A stretch of 64,000 bases of DNA. Origin: Octopus sinensis (Eukaryota). The number at the start of each line of letters is the position of its first letter. Position 1 is the first letter of the stretch. This document shows, piece by piece, positions 40,009 to 53,590 of the stretch. The DNA is taken from contig NC_043011.1 in NCBI RefSeq assembly GCF_006345805.1, positions 53,208,464 to 53,272,463 of the forward strand, read 5' to 3'. A program made the position numbers and the translations under genes. The notes beneath the pieces were generated by a model. The model searched no databases. It had not been told where the DNA came from and saw only the letters and a program-made list of their open reading frames with translations.

Positions 40009-40129
40009 ATCATCAATATATCATCAATACACAACATGACAGCCACCATCATTGTTACCACCACCACCACCACCGCCACCACTACTGCTGCTGCCACCAC
40101 CACCATCATCATTATCATTACCATCATCA

Positions 40130-40620
40130 TACTGTCTCTATTGTATCAACATCTACACACTGCTATCTCTCAACATTTACACTCTACTATCTCTCAACAT
40201 CTACACTCTACTATCTCTGTCAATGTCTACACACTGTCAATATCTACACATAGTCAATATCTACACACTATCTGTCAACATCTACACACTTTCTTTCTCC
40301 ACATCTACAAACTATCTCTGTCAACATCTACACACTGTCAATATCTACACACTATCTCTGTCAACATCTACACACCATCTCTGTCAACATCTACACACTG
40401 TCAATATCTACACACTATCTCTGTCATCATCTACACACTGTCAATATCTACACACTACCTCTGTCAATTCCTACACACTGTCAATATCTATGCACTATCT
40501 CTGTCAACATCGACGCACTACTTTATCTGTCAACATCTACACATTGTTTCTAATAACATCTACTGTCTAACCTGTCAACATTTACACACGTTGTCTAACT
40601 TGTCAACATCTAAATATACT
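40130..40620. repeat. Minisatellite of 20/24-bp units
   Basis: Recurring ctgtcaa(c/t)atctacacact(atct). Confidence 0.9.
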
Positions 40621-42446
40621 GTATTTATTTAGCCCATTCTGTAGCCACCAGCCACTCACTGTCCAAGTTTAGTTGATATATTCACAACATATGTCTGCAG
40701 AATTAAAAAAACTCCATTTACTGAGGCATGCTTTGTTCTCATATTAAAATAAAGATATTTCCGATCCCAATAAATTCAGAGCAGTATTAGCTGACATTGC
40801 TCTCAGGCTAATATTCAAGTCTTCATCACAGAAAGTCTGTCTATATACTACCGATAACGGTAATTCCTTTTCAAATATGGACAAATTAATAATGAAAGAA
40901 CATCTGAGACAGCTTAACATTCATTCTTCCATCCTCCTTGTTTCTGTCTTGGAGACAGAAATAAAACTGAATGGAAAAATAGTTTGGAATTTTCAACTGC
41001 CCGCGTCTGTATATGTGAGAATGTGAGTATGTGTCTATGTGTGTGTGTGTGTGTGTGCATGTGCATGTGATTGTGTGTGTCTGTGTGCAAGTGTGTGTGA
41101 GTGTGTGTATGTATGCAAGTTTGTTTGTGTGTCTGTGTGCAAGTATGTGTGTATGCAAGTGTGTCTGTGTTTGTGTGTATTTATATGTATGTGTAAGCAC
41201 ACATATTCACACACGTGCATGCACACACACACGTGCATGCACACACACACGCTAGAGATGTACCAATTTTGTCTTAACAATAAGAAAGCACAAATGCTAC
41301 TCATTTCATGAAAATGTCATCACACCATACACCTACCCCCACCCTCCTTCTCACACACCTAATTATGACCGACACTCATCTTCGCAACCACTCCACTTGC
41401 TGGGTTTTACTGTCACCAAAGAGCTTTATCCTCGTAAAAGCAGATCCTCAAAATCACCACATTCTAAGAATTGACCCTCAGAGCTTCAAGATACTTTGTC
41501 CTCCCACCACCACCACAACAACAACAACAACAACAAAATTTAGGAACAGGGACACTCTACAAAGCTCAGGTGAAAACCACAGTGGAATAATATTTGAATA
41601 CGAGCTGGCAGAATTGTTACTGTGGAATTTTTGTTCATCCTTACATTCTAAGTTCAAATTCTGCTGAAGTCAGCATTGCCTTTCATCATTTCTCATCATC
41701 ATCGTTTAACGTCCACTTTCCATGCTAGCATGGGTTGGACGATTTGACTGAGGACTGGTGAACCAGATGGCTTCACCAGACTCCAATCTGATCTGGCAGA
41801 GTTTCTACACTCTGAGGGTGTTGTGGGTGCTTTTACATGCCATCAGCATGAAGGCCAGTCAGGCGGTACTGGCAATGGCCATGCTCAAATGGTGTTTCTT
41901 ACGTGTCACCTGCACAGGTGCCAGTCCAGTGGCACTGGCAATGACCTCACTCGAATGTTTTTTCACATGCCACCAGCACAAGTGCCAGTAAGGTAACGCT
42001 GGTAATGATCACGCTCGTATGGTGCTTTTTACGTGCCACAGACATGGAAGCCAGTTAGCTGCTCTGGCAACAATCACGCTCTTAGGGCTCCACTAGCACA
42101 GATGCCAGTCATCAAATTTGATTTCGATTTCTCAGTTGATAAAATAAGTACCAGTTGAATACTGGGGTTGATGTAATCAATTGTCCCTCCCCCAAGGGAA
42201 AATTTGAAACCATTATCTAAATACACAAAAATAAGAAAAAAAGAGAGATAAGAAAGGAAAAGAAAGAAAAGAAAAATGGAGGGTAAAGCAACAGAAGATA
42301 GAGAGGGGTGATGGGCCACACACCTTGGAACAAAAGGTATACTCAGCCATGCCCCATGGTAATGGCTGTGATGGCATTTCTTCAGAGAATGGCCAGTGAC
42401 ACTCGCTGCAGCTGCTCTTATCCTGATTTTGTGCAGGAAATTGGTA

Positions 42447-42768
42447 CTCTTTTACTCTTTTATTTGTTTCAGTCATTCTATTGGTCTCTTTTTGCCGAAC
42501 CACTAAGTTACGGGGACATAAACACACCAGCATTGGTTGTCAAGTGATGTTGGGGGGGGACAAACACAGACACAAAAACATATACACACACACACACATA
42601 TATATATGACAGGCTTCTTTCAGTTTCCGTCTACCAAATCCACTCACAAGGCTTTGGTCGGCCCAAGGTTATAGTAGGAGACACTTGCCCAAGGTGCCAC
42701 GCAGTGGGAATGAACCCGGAACCATGTGGTTCATAAGCAAGCTACTTACCACACAGCCACTCCTGCGC
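42447..42768 (-). mobile_element. SINE family A
   Basis: Family A head and core, with an internal deletion. Confidence 0.8.
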
Positions 42769-43090
42769 CACTGCATACAGCCACTTCTAGCTTAGGATTT
42801 GAGAACACTTCATGCCTCAATGATGACTGGCACAAACTGGCAGTGGCCAGTCAGACGCCTGTATTGATTTTTCTCTCCTCTGTGTTATGGATAGCAACAC
42901 CCAATTTTTCTGCCAACCCTGCAAGATTGGAGTTGAAGAACATGTTGCTGCAAGTCGCATCCTAATGAAATATTGCTTTTATATCTGAGCTGGTGCTGTT
43001 GCTGTACATACAGACGTCTTGGAATTCAACCAGAACAGGACCATCTGGGTGATTGGTATAAAGTTACTCAAAGACACAGCCCAACTTCTG

Positions 43091-43170
43091 GCCTGCTATA
43101 AGCACTGCCTGCTATAAGCACTGCCTGCTATAAGCACTGCCTGCTATAAGCACTGCCTGCTATAAGCACT
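43091..43170. repeat. Perfect 16-bp x5 tandem repeat
   Basis: (gcctgctataagcact)5. Confidence 0.95.
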
Positions 43171-43171
43171 G

Positions 43172-43407
43172 AAGGCGGTGAGCTGGCAGAAACGTTAGCA
43201 TGCCAGGTGAAATGCTTAGCGGTATTTCATCTGCCGCTACTTTCTGAGCTCAAATTCCGCCGAGGTCGACTTTGCCTTTCATCCTTTTAGGGTCGAAAAT
43301 TAAGTACCAGTTACGCACTGAGGTCAATGTAATCGACTTAATCCGTTTGTCTGTCCTTGTTTGTCCCCTCTATCTTTAGCCCCTTGTGGGCAATAAAGAA
43401 ATAAGAA
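43172..43407 (+). mobile_element. SINE family B, full length
   Basis: TSD ataagcactg at 43162-43171 and 43408-43417. Confidence 0.9.
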
Positions 43408-43448
43408 ATAAGCACTGTCTCCTCATCATGCTTTTTTCTACCATATAC

Positions 43449-44803
43449 ACAAGGTAATGTCAAAAGGTTCCCGAACTAATTATGTTATTAAAAAAAGTGA
43501 AACAGTCACCTTGCTCAGCAATACACCAGACCCAGTGTCTCTGCCACTTTTGGAATCCAGCCTGGAAGTTATTTTCCATAATCGAGTCAAGGCCCTTCTG
43601 CGATTTGCTCTGGATTTTGACAATGGTGTTAAGATGGTGGCCATTGACCTGCCTTTTTTATCTTGGGGAAGAGATGGAAGTCTGCTGGTGCTAAATCTGG
43701 TGAATGGGGCAGGTGCAGAAACGATACCATGTTGCTTTTTGGTGAGAAACTCACGAGTATGGAGAGCTTGGTAAAGAATCCGATTCTTTGTGCTCCGCAG
43801 ATCTGGTCGTTTTCACTGAATGTCCTCCATCAAATACTTCAAAACGGTGCCATAGAACTCTTGATTGACGGTCTGGCCCTGGGGGACAAAATCTTGATGC
43901 ACAATACCATATTTCTGGGAGTGACACTCATGGCAGATCTTCCAGATCACTCGTCATCTTCCAAGGACGTTCTTCCACTTTTGAAGTACCTGTGTCATTC
44001 GAAACATTGCATACGACCCATTGCCTCTTCACCATAAATCTTGCTGAAGCATGTTCAATGTCTTTGAAGCAGATTTCTCAAGTTTAACGTAAAATTTCAA
44101 AAATTACTATTTTTAAATTTCACAACATGAGATATTCAGCAACAGTTCTTTGTAGTAAAGATTGTTTGCTAACATAACATGGCAGTCCTGGTCTAGGACG
44201 AATGTTGCTGTAATTTAGCTCCAGGAGACATTGTATCCAGCTGGCAATACAACACAATCTGTGTAAGCTTCTAATTTATAAATCAGTGATTAGTTGTTGC
44301 TTTGAAGACTATATGTTTTGAACTGGAATTTGGTAACATTGCCTCTAACCGAACAATTATTCCGTGCTGATGAAGAGAAATAACCCAGAAATCATGATAC
44401 ACAGATATTGTTTTGAGCTGAGTGGGAGTGCTAGGTTCCCTTGTTCAAAAATATAAAGACACAGATCATGTCATATAGCCAGCTGGAGACGATGTCTCCT
44501 GGGGCTAAATTACAGCACCATTAGTCCTAAACCTGGACTGCCATGTTGGCAAACAGTCTTTACTACAAAATTTCAAGCTGGTTCTTTGTTCCAACTTTCT
44601 GTCCATGACAAAAATCACAGACTACAGTATACATGTGATCACAAAAACACAAATTTCAAAACTCACAAAGTAAACACAGCAGTGACATGTGGCACACTGC
44701 CACATGAAGGTCACTTCTAGATCTCACTGTGCATGCAGCCGTATGCTGCCATCTGTTGGTGGGCTACAGAACCAGTCTGGGAACTTTTTGATACCACCTC
44801 ACA
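43449..44803 (-). mobile_element. Mariner element (decayed transposase) with nested insertion
   Basis: Minus strand reads KLEQRTSLKFYVKLEKSASKTLNMLQQ..YGEEAMGR and PHSPDLAPADFHLFPKIKRQ; imperfect TIRs at both ends. Confidence 0.8.
44101..44566. mobile_element. Penelope-like foldback insert with central hammerhead-like motif (44362-44404)
   Basis: 10-bp TSD aaaatttcaa (44091-44100, 44567-44576); ~115 bp inverted arms; ccgtg-CTGATGA...GAAA-tcatga-TA-cacag. Confidence 0.7.
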
Positions 44804-44949
44804 TAACAGCCTGTCTCAGGCATTGTCTCTCCTTTTCCAATCATCCCTATTGTGTCCAAACCCTAAACCCTACCCCACCTTGGCCCAGGGCTAATTTCCA
44901 TGTTCAGTCCTTCTTTCCTTACTAGAATGTTGGCCCTCTGGTGTGATGA

Positions 44950-44963
44950 TGCTGGTGTTTGTG

Positions 44964-44996
<33 letters not shown>

Positions 44997-45505
44997 TAGT
45001 AGTAGTAGTAGTAGTGGCAGCAGCAGCAGTGGTGGTGATGGTGGTGATGGTGGTAGTGGTAGTGGTAGTAGTAGTAGTATAGTAGTAGTAGTAGTAGTTG
45101 TTAATTCAAATGAGCAGCGGCAGCTGTGAAGATGATGGTGGTGAAGATGATGATGGTGAAGATGATGGTGGCGATGATGATGGTGGTGAAGATGACGGTG
45201 GTGATGATGATGGTGGCGATGATGATGGTGGTGGTGGTGGCGATGATGATGATGATGGTGGTGGTGGTGGTGGTGGTGATGGTTATAGTGCTGTTGGTGG
45301 GTGATGACGGTGATGACAATGATGATAATGACGATGATGATAGTGGAGGTGGTGGTGTTGGTGATTTTGCTGCTGCTGTTGTTGATGGTGGATGTCGCAG
45401 TATTCACTGAATCGGTGGTGTTGGGTGGAGGAAAGGGTCAACGAAAAGTGATGATGACAGCAGCTGCGGTGTTGCTGGTGGTGGTGGTGGTGGTGGTGGT
45501 AGCGG
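44950..45505. repeat. Compound trinucleotide microsatellite (AGT/GAT/GGT)
   Basis: Directly visible. Confidence 0.95.
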
Positions 45506-45629
45506 TGGAAGAAAGAGTCATTAGTGGTTTGTCATCCAAACTATGATAGTTCTAAATCTAACTTGAAAATATTTGATGCCAAAATATTGTTTCCCTGATT
45601 CATGTTGACATCTTTATTTCACATACACG

Positions 45630-46525
45630 CATGTGTGTGTGTGTGCATGCGTGTATGTGCGTGCGTGTATGTGTGTGCGCGTGTGTGTGTGTGTGTGTGC
45701 ACGTGTGTGTGTGTGATCGTTTGTATGTGTGTGTGATCCTGTGTGTGTGTTTGTGTATGTGTGATCATATGTGTGTTTGTGTGTGTGTATGTATTGCAGG
45801 TGTGATTGTGTGTATGTGTTTGGGTGTGTATGTGTATATGTGTGTGTGTGTTTATGATTGTGTGTGTGTTGTGCTTGTGGTCGTGTGTATGTATATTTAT
45901 AAGAGTGTGTGTATGTGTTTACATGTGTATATGCGTGTGTATGTGATAGTGTGTATGAGTGTTTCTATGTGTATATGTGTGTGTGTGTGTGTGGATGTTA
46001 TCATGTATGTGTATTTATGTATATATGTGTGTATATGTTCATGTATATGTATGTATGCATCTGTATGTGTATATGTATGTGTGTGTGTGTGTTGTGTGTG
46101 TGTGTGTGTGCACGTGTGTGTGTGTGTGATCGTTGTATGTGTGTGTGATCCTGTGTGTGTGTGTTTGTGTATGTGTGATCATATGTGTGTTTGTGTGTGT
46201 GTATGTATTGCAGGTGTGATTGTGTGTATGTGTTTGGGTGTGTATGTGTATATGTATGTGTGTGTGTGTGTTTATGATTGTGTGTGTTGTGCTTGTGGTC
46301 GTGTGTATGTATATTTATAAGAGTGTGTGTATGTGTTTACATGTGTATATGCGTGTGTATGTGATAGTGTGTATGAGTGTTTCTATGTGTATATGTGTGT
46401 GTGTGTGTGTGGATGTTATCATGTATGTGTATTTATGTATATATGTGTGTATATGTTCATGTATATGTATGTATGCATCTGTATGTGTATATGTATGTGT
46501 GTGTGTGTGTGTGTGTGTTTGTGAT
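45630..46525. repeat. GT-rich degenerate microsatellite containing a ~415 bp tandem duplication
   Basis: Distinctive interruptions (gtgatcctg, attgcagg, tataagagtg, ggatgttatc) each occur twice, ~415 bp apart. Confidence 0.85.
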
Positions 46526-48403
46526 TCTGTCTGAAACCACCCCCTGCACCTTAAACACCTACCCATCCCAACTCACCCATCCAGTCCCCTTCTTCTCACC
46601 ACCCTTTCCTCTTTCTCTTATCTCTGTCTTGCCAACCCCCCCAACCCCACCACCACTAACTTCTCTCTCTTCTCTCATCACATATGACTAGAAAATGTCT
46701 CTTCTACTTTCACTTTCACATTCTTCTCTTTCTATCACAATTCTCTTTTTCATTTACCTCCCCCATACACACACACACCACAACACCCTACCCACCCTGG
46801 TCAGCCACCACCAAAACCACCACCACCACCACCTCCATCACCACCACCATCACCATGATTACCACCTCCACCACCATGATCGCCACCACCATAGCACTCC
46901 CTCACCACCACCACTACCACCTCATCCATCCCCATATTACCCCTGGCAATCCCCACCCATCCTCATTCCTTGCATTGTTTTTTGTTAATAGTGTTGTTGT
47001 TTATATTTTTATGTTGTTATTCCTGTTTATTTGTTTTATAGATTTTGTTTATTGTATTTATTTTATTTTTTAGATTGTTTATTATAGTTTGTTTTGTTGT
47101 GTTATTTTTTGCTTGTTTTTTGTTTTTGCTAAAGCTCACCCCCAACTTTTGCCCTGCTCTACCCCCAAACACACATATTCATGTGCCCACACACACATCC
47201 ACACACACACACATACACACATGCACAGATATTTGCATGTACGTGCACGCACGCACACTCAGTCGCACTTGCTCACATACACATACACACATCAACACAC
47301 TCGCACGCTCTCATTTTCACACATATATACACACACACACATGCACACACGTTTGCTCACAAAGACACACATATCTGCACACAGCCATGCATTCACACAC
47401 ACACACACATACGTGCGTCTCTTCCAATCTTCAGACTCACTTATTAACACTCCTCTTCCACTCCCTTCACCTCATCCTTTTTTTCTTTTTCACACTGTAT
47501 TTTATTTTGCTTTATTTTTATCTTTTAATATTTTTTTTTCTCAATTTTACTATTTAATTTATTTTCTCTTCTTCATTTCATTTGTCATTTAGCTAATTGC
47601 GACAAAGAAGACAAAAAAAAAAAACGTAAAAGAAAATGGCATTGGAACGAGGGTGGCAAAGGAGGAAGTTACTTCAATATTTTTCAGAAAAAAATTTTTG
47701 ATGGCGATGGGCTTATACTTTCTAAATTATTTAAAATTATTTATTTTAGTTGCCGCTGAAACTCTTGCTGTCTGCTGCAATAAAATAAACTTTGCCATTA
47801 TTGTACTAAACAGTTCAAGATTTGAAAGGTGTGTGCTGTAATGTATTATCAGTTTGCAACAAATATTGGCCGGTTAAGAAGATTGCAGAGAGCCAGGGGT
47901 GGATTAAGATTTAAATTGTTGGCCATAAGGTCAAAGGTTTTATGTCGTGTCATTGGCCATGTACCGAGAGAGAGGTCACAGTAGCAATGTACTGAGTTGA
48001 TGTCCATGGCACTTAGAGTTCTCCGCGCTTCGGTTAAACTAACTATAAATTACAACAAATTAGTAATGAAAACATCTAAAGTAATGTATTATTTATGATA
48101 CTGTGGTGCTAAAATTCAGTTTTTGTTGTGGCTAAAGTGTGGCAATAGATGTGCTCTGTGTGGTTTGTTTATGCTTAATTCAATGGTTGAAGGCAAAGTT
48201 TTCATCAGTACTTAAATAACCTTCCAACTGGTTTGTTTTTAGTGCTTAATTTTTAAAAATTTTTATTTGCTGGGTCAGAGTGGAATGAGACAACTAGGCA
48301 CGGCTGTTTGGATGGTGGCCGTTGGGCACAGCTGATTGAACTTTCAGCCTGTTTTGGCGACTGTGCTTCTTGGCGTTGGTGGGAAGCACACTCACACATG
48401 AAC

Positions 48404-48474
<71 letters not shown>

Positions 48475-48623
48475 AGTGCAGAAAGTCATACATGCAGGTA
48501 GAGAAAGTGAGAGAGAGAGAGAGGGGAACATTACACTTTATTAATTAAACGCAATTAATATAAACACTTTCCTTCTCCCCAGACACATAAAGAGAAAGGT
48601 TCTCACAGATGCATAAACAGAGA

Positions 48624-48663
<40 letters not shown>

Positions 48664-49194
48664 GTAGGGGAGAAATTGGGAGAAAATAAGAGAAATATTG
48701 AAACATGAGAAATGTTAAGAGAAATGTCAAATAAGTCAGCATCAAATCAATGATTCCAAATAGCAGTGCCAAAATGGCTTTGCCAAAATAGCTATGCCGA
48801 AATAGCCATGCCAAAACAGTTCTTGGTCATCTACAGAAAGTGTGGTACTCATGGCCTTTGTAGACCCTCCAAGATTGCTGTTCCATTTTAAACTATTACC
48901 AGTCAACATCTGCATGGCAGGTATGAAGTGAGAATTCCAGGTGTGGTGCAGGTGGGGTGGAGGTGTAATGTTCTTGGGAAGAAGGTCTGAATGCAGTTGT
49001 AGTTAGTGCAAAATCTAAGGGCAGGTGGTGGACACAATATGGGTGATGAGAGAATGAAAGATGAAAGGTGTAGTCAATTTTGTCATTTGCCCTTTTAGAG
49101 GTCAATTAAATAAAGTACCAGTCATATATTGGGCTTGATGTAATTGTCTGAGCCTCTCAGAAAATTAAGTGTTTGTTTTAAAATTTGAGTTTAC

Positions 49195-49325
49195 ATAGAT
49201 AGTATTTTACATAGGATATGGGCAGTTCCCATGAGCGCTATCTTTTGAATTTCTGCCATTTTGGGGTTTCCTGGTATCTGAGCTAGGTAGCAATCAGCCC
49301 CTTTTGCTATCATTCCTAGGATGTT
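49195..49325 (-). mobile_element. R4/Dong-like (RLE) LINE 3' fragment
   Basis: GMIAKGADCYLAQIPGNPKMAEIQKIALMGTAHILCKILSM; homologous to 54690-54832. Confidence 0.75.
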
Positions 49326-49528
49326 GTTGTTGTGTTGTTGTTGTTGTTGTTATCATTTTACCGGGTATGATGGAAAGTGTCATCTGTCCACAGCCAGCAG
49401 ACTAAGGTGACACTTATTTACTGGTCTTGCATCAAGAGCCCTGCAAAGAATTCTTGCAGTTCCAAGCAATGCTGATTTTTGTAGGTGTCCTACCTTCACA
49501 CTTGCACCAATCTAGTGATATTATTATT

Positions 49529-49584
<56 letters not shown>

Positions 49585-49834
49585 ATCATCATCATTATTT
49601 TTAAGGGAATAAGATGGTAGAATTTTTAGTACACTAGACAAGATGCCTAACAGCATTTCTTCCAGGTTTATGCTCTGATTTCAAATGCCATCATGAGTGA
49701 CTTTGCCTTTCATCAGCTGTCCTTAGTATAATTGACTATTTCCTTTTCCTTACAAATGTACAGCCTTGTACCTTTATAAGACACATCTATCACCATCTTT
49801 ATTATACAAGACCAGACACTGTAACAGCTTAGGT

Positions 49835-50000
49835 TTCAAGGACCCACAGCTCTTCAAGGACCCACAGCTCTTCAAGGACTCACAGCTCTTCATGGACCCA
49901 CAGCTCTTCAAGGACCCACAGCTCTTCAAAGACCCACAGCTCTTCAAGGACTCACAGCTCTTCAAGGACCCGCAGCTCTTCATGGATCCACAGCTCTTCA
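49835..50000. repeat. 18-bp minisatellite, ~9 copies
   Basis: (ttcaaggacccacagctc)n. Confidence 0.95.
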
Positions 50001-50809
50001 GAGACCTGTAGTGGGTGGAAGTAGGTGTCTTCAAACCAAAACTGGATCTTCTCCAGTCAAGAGTTCCAGACGAGCCTATATCACACGACAGGACACACAG
50101 ATGAGGGCAGCAGCATCAAACTCCCTCATTCACCAAATGCCACATATATCAAAGGAGTTTTTCAAGTAGTGAAGGTGCAGCAAAAACTGATGGCAGTGCC
50201 CCAGCATGGCCTCAACTCTCAAACCGAAACTAGTTAAAGAGTCAAAGAGAATCATGTCAGAAATACATTAAGCAATTTCTTTCTTACATAAAACAAAAAA
50301 AAAAAAGAAAATGGCTACATGTTGCAAACATGTTTAATAATTGTCCAAGGTCAACAAATATTTGGTAAGAATGCATTACGTCTCTCTCTCTCTTCTCTCA
50401 TAATATTTACACATTACGATATTGCTGCTTTCTGAATCATACCTCCAGGTAATCTGTCAATGTCTTTATATTAATGTTTGTGTATCACTGCCAGTTGTTC
50501 TAATTACAATCATTTGATAAACACTGTTTATATGGGTTTTTTTTTTAGCTCAACAGCAACAACAACTTAAGTCAGTGTAATTCCTTTGCTTTTCAGCTCT
50601 GCTCTTCTATGCAAACAGTCGCTCAATAATAATGCTATGCTGATTATTAACGATGATGGTTATGATGGTGGTGGTGGTGGTGGTGATGATGATGATGGTG
50701 GTGATGATGATGATGAGGATCATGATCATGATGATGGTGAGATTGTTGTCATTTCTGCCATGGAAAGTGATGTCAGGCTTGTATTGTCAACTTGATGGTG
50801 GTTTGTCCG

Positions 50810-50815
50810 TATGAC

Positions 50816-50847
<32 letters not shown>

Positions 50848-50852
50848 ACACC

Positions 50853-50906
<54 letters not shown>

Positions 50907-50913
50907 ACTGCTG

Positions 50914-50949
<36 letters not shown>

Positions 50950-51095
50950 ACACCACCACCACCACCACCACCACCACCACCACCACTACTACTACTACTT
51001 ACTACTACTACTGCTGCTGCTGCTGCTACTGCTGCTACTGCTGCTACTGCTGCTACTACTACTACTTGCTGCTGCTGCTGCTGCTACTACTGCTG

Positions 51096-51131
<36 letters not shown>

Positions 51132-51308
51132 ACACCACCACCACCACCACCACACCACCACCACCACCACCACTACTACTACTACTACTTACTACTACTG
51201 CTGCTGCTGCTGCTACTGCTGCTACTGCTGCTACTGCTACTACTACTACTTGCTGCTGCTGCTGCTACTACTGCTACTACTGCTGCTACTACTACTACTA
51301 CCACCAAC

Positions 51309-51350
<42 letters not shown>

Positions 51351-51386
51351 GCTGCTGCTACTGCTGCTACTGCTGCTGCTGCTACT

Positions 51387-51422
<36 letters not shown>

Positions 51423-51575
51423 GCTGCTGCTACTGCTGCTACTGCTGCTGCTGCTACTACCACCACTACTACTACTACTACTACTACTGCTGCTGCTACT
51501 GCTGCTACTGCTGCTACTGCTGCTGCTGCTACTACCACCACCACCACCACCACCACCACCACCACTACTACTGTA
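50810..51575. repeat. Compound (CTA/CTG/CCA)n microsatellite
   Basis: Directly visible. Confidence 0.97.
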
Positions 51576-52467
51576 GTCAACATTGTCTTCCACTTTTATC
51601 TGTCTGGGACTGACAAAGTAAAGTACTAATCTGGTCCTGGAGGTTAACGTACTCTACTCGCCCTCCCATCCCCCTCAGGATTGCTGGTTGAGTACCTAAA
51701 TAAAGGACAGCAAGTGGATTGGCTGAATCATTAGAGCATAATGCAGAATTTCTGGTTCTTTACATTCTGAGTTCAAATCCAGATGAGGTCAGCTCTGGCT
51801 TTCATGCTACCTGGGTCAATGAAGTACCAGTCAAATACGGTGATAGTGGTGGTGGTGGGGGGTCAATATTATCAACTAACCTTCTTCCCCCTAACAAAAT
51901 TGCTGGCCCATTTGAGCAACTGGGGGCCAATGTAATCAACTTAACCCCTGCCCTGAAATTTCTGGCCTTGTGCCAAAATTTGAAATCATCATCATCATCA
52001 TCATCATCATCACCATCATCCTCATCATCATCATTATTATTAATGTGGTGAGGTGGCAGAATTGTTAGCATGGTGGACAAAATGCTGATTCTGAGTTCAA
52101 ATGTCACCGAGGTTGATTTTTGCTTTTCATCCTTTTGGGGTCGATAAAACTGAAGTAATTGATTAGCCACTCCACCCCCTCCAAAATTTCAGGCCTTGTG
52201 CCAATAGTAGAAAGGTTTATTATTATCATTGTTATCATTGTTATTATCAAGGCAGTGTGCTGGCAGAATTGTTAGTATGCTGAATGAAATGCTTAGTGGA
52301 ATTTTGTCCGTCTTTATGTTCTGAGTTCAAATTCCATTAAGGTTCATTTTGATTTTCATTATTTTGGGGGCCAATAAAATGAGTGCCAGTTGAGCACTGG
52401 GGTCAATGTAATCAACTTACTCCCTCCCACAAAATTCCAAGCCATGTGCTTATAATAGAAACGATTA

Positions 52468-52518
<51 letters not shown>

Positions 52519-52527
52519 TATTATTAA

Positions 52528-52564
<37 letters not shown>

Positions 52565-52777
52565 GTTATTATTAGGTGGCGAGCTGGCAGAATCATTAGC
52601 ACACCAGGCGAAGTGCTAAGTGGTATTTCGCTTGTCGCTTTGTTCTGAGTTCAAATTCCACTTAGGTTGATTTTACCTTTCATCCTTTCAAGGTTGATGA
52701 AATAAGTACCAGTCAAGCACTGGGGTCAATGTAATCAACTTATCCCCTCCCCAAAAATTCTTGGCCAATTAGAAAGG

Positions 52778-52812
<35 letters not shown>

Positions 52813-53176
52813 TATTATTATTTCCTTAGTCTTGTGTTTATCATATGCTTTCACTGCACAACAGAGCTGCAGTTCTCTTTGTCTTGAGAATATGGTAAGT
52901 TTTGTTTTTGCTTTTTTTTTTTTGTTTTTTGTGGGGTTTTTTCTATTATCAACAATACTCTATGTAATAAATGTGCAATACAGTTTTTATCTGAAAATAA
53001 TGCTGTATCCTGTCTGTTGTGTATATGTATGTTTGTGCATACATTTGTGTGCATGTGTGTAAGTCTTATTGTTCTGGTTATATTATTTTATTATTATTAT
53101 TATTATTATATTATTATTATTATTATATTATATTATTATTATTATATATTATTATTATTATATTATATTATTATTA

Positions 53177-53259
<83 letters not shown>

Positions 53260-53264
53260 CATTA

Positions 53265-53590
53265 GCCCACATCTCTTTTTCTCATTCCCGTGGCAAATAT
53301 TGTTATAGGGATTGCTTCTCTGTCCAATCCCCATATTCTTGTTTCCTGTATATTCCAATCTTTATATTTGGATAATTTTTCCATTTCTTTCAGGGGTATA
53401 TTGTCATCTTTTGGAATTGGTACATCAATTAGATGACATTTCCTTTTTTCCGATGGAATTCAGCAATAATATCCAAACAATTTTTCCTTAATCTCCTTCT
53501 CTCTATAAATTGACATATCCCAGAGTCTGATCACTTTGTTATTCTTTGAGACCTTTTTTGGTGTGTGTTTGTGCTATCTCTTTTTCTGCA
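53265..53590 (-). mobile_element. R4/Dong-like LINE RLE-domain fragment next to (TAA)n
   Basis: HTPKKVSKNNKVIRLWDM...KCHLIDVPIPKDDNIPLKEMEKLSKYKD, frameshifted. Confidence 0.75.

Noticed and set aside
40783-40816. Small hairpin agtattagctga/tcaggctaatatt
   Set aside because: Too short and AT-rich to distinguish from chance.
47960-48035. miRNA hairpin with ATGGCAC (miR-96/183-like seed)
   Set aside because: Pairing is too interrupted, and the sequence beyond the seed does not match the mature miRNAs I recognise.
43091-50000. Short direct-repeat arrays as CRISPR
   Set aside because: The repeats are contiguous with no unique spacers, the context is eukaryotic, and there are no cas genes.
52865-52900. 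30-nt exon with strong gtaagt donor
   Set aside because: The sequence resembles the RLE-LINE 3' UTR at ~54925-54970, so it is probably a decayed repeat.
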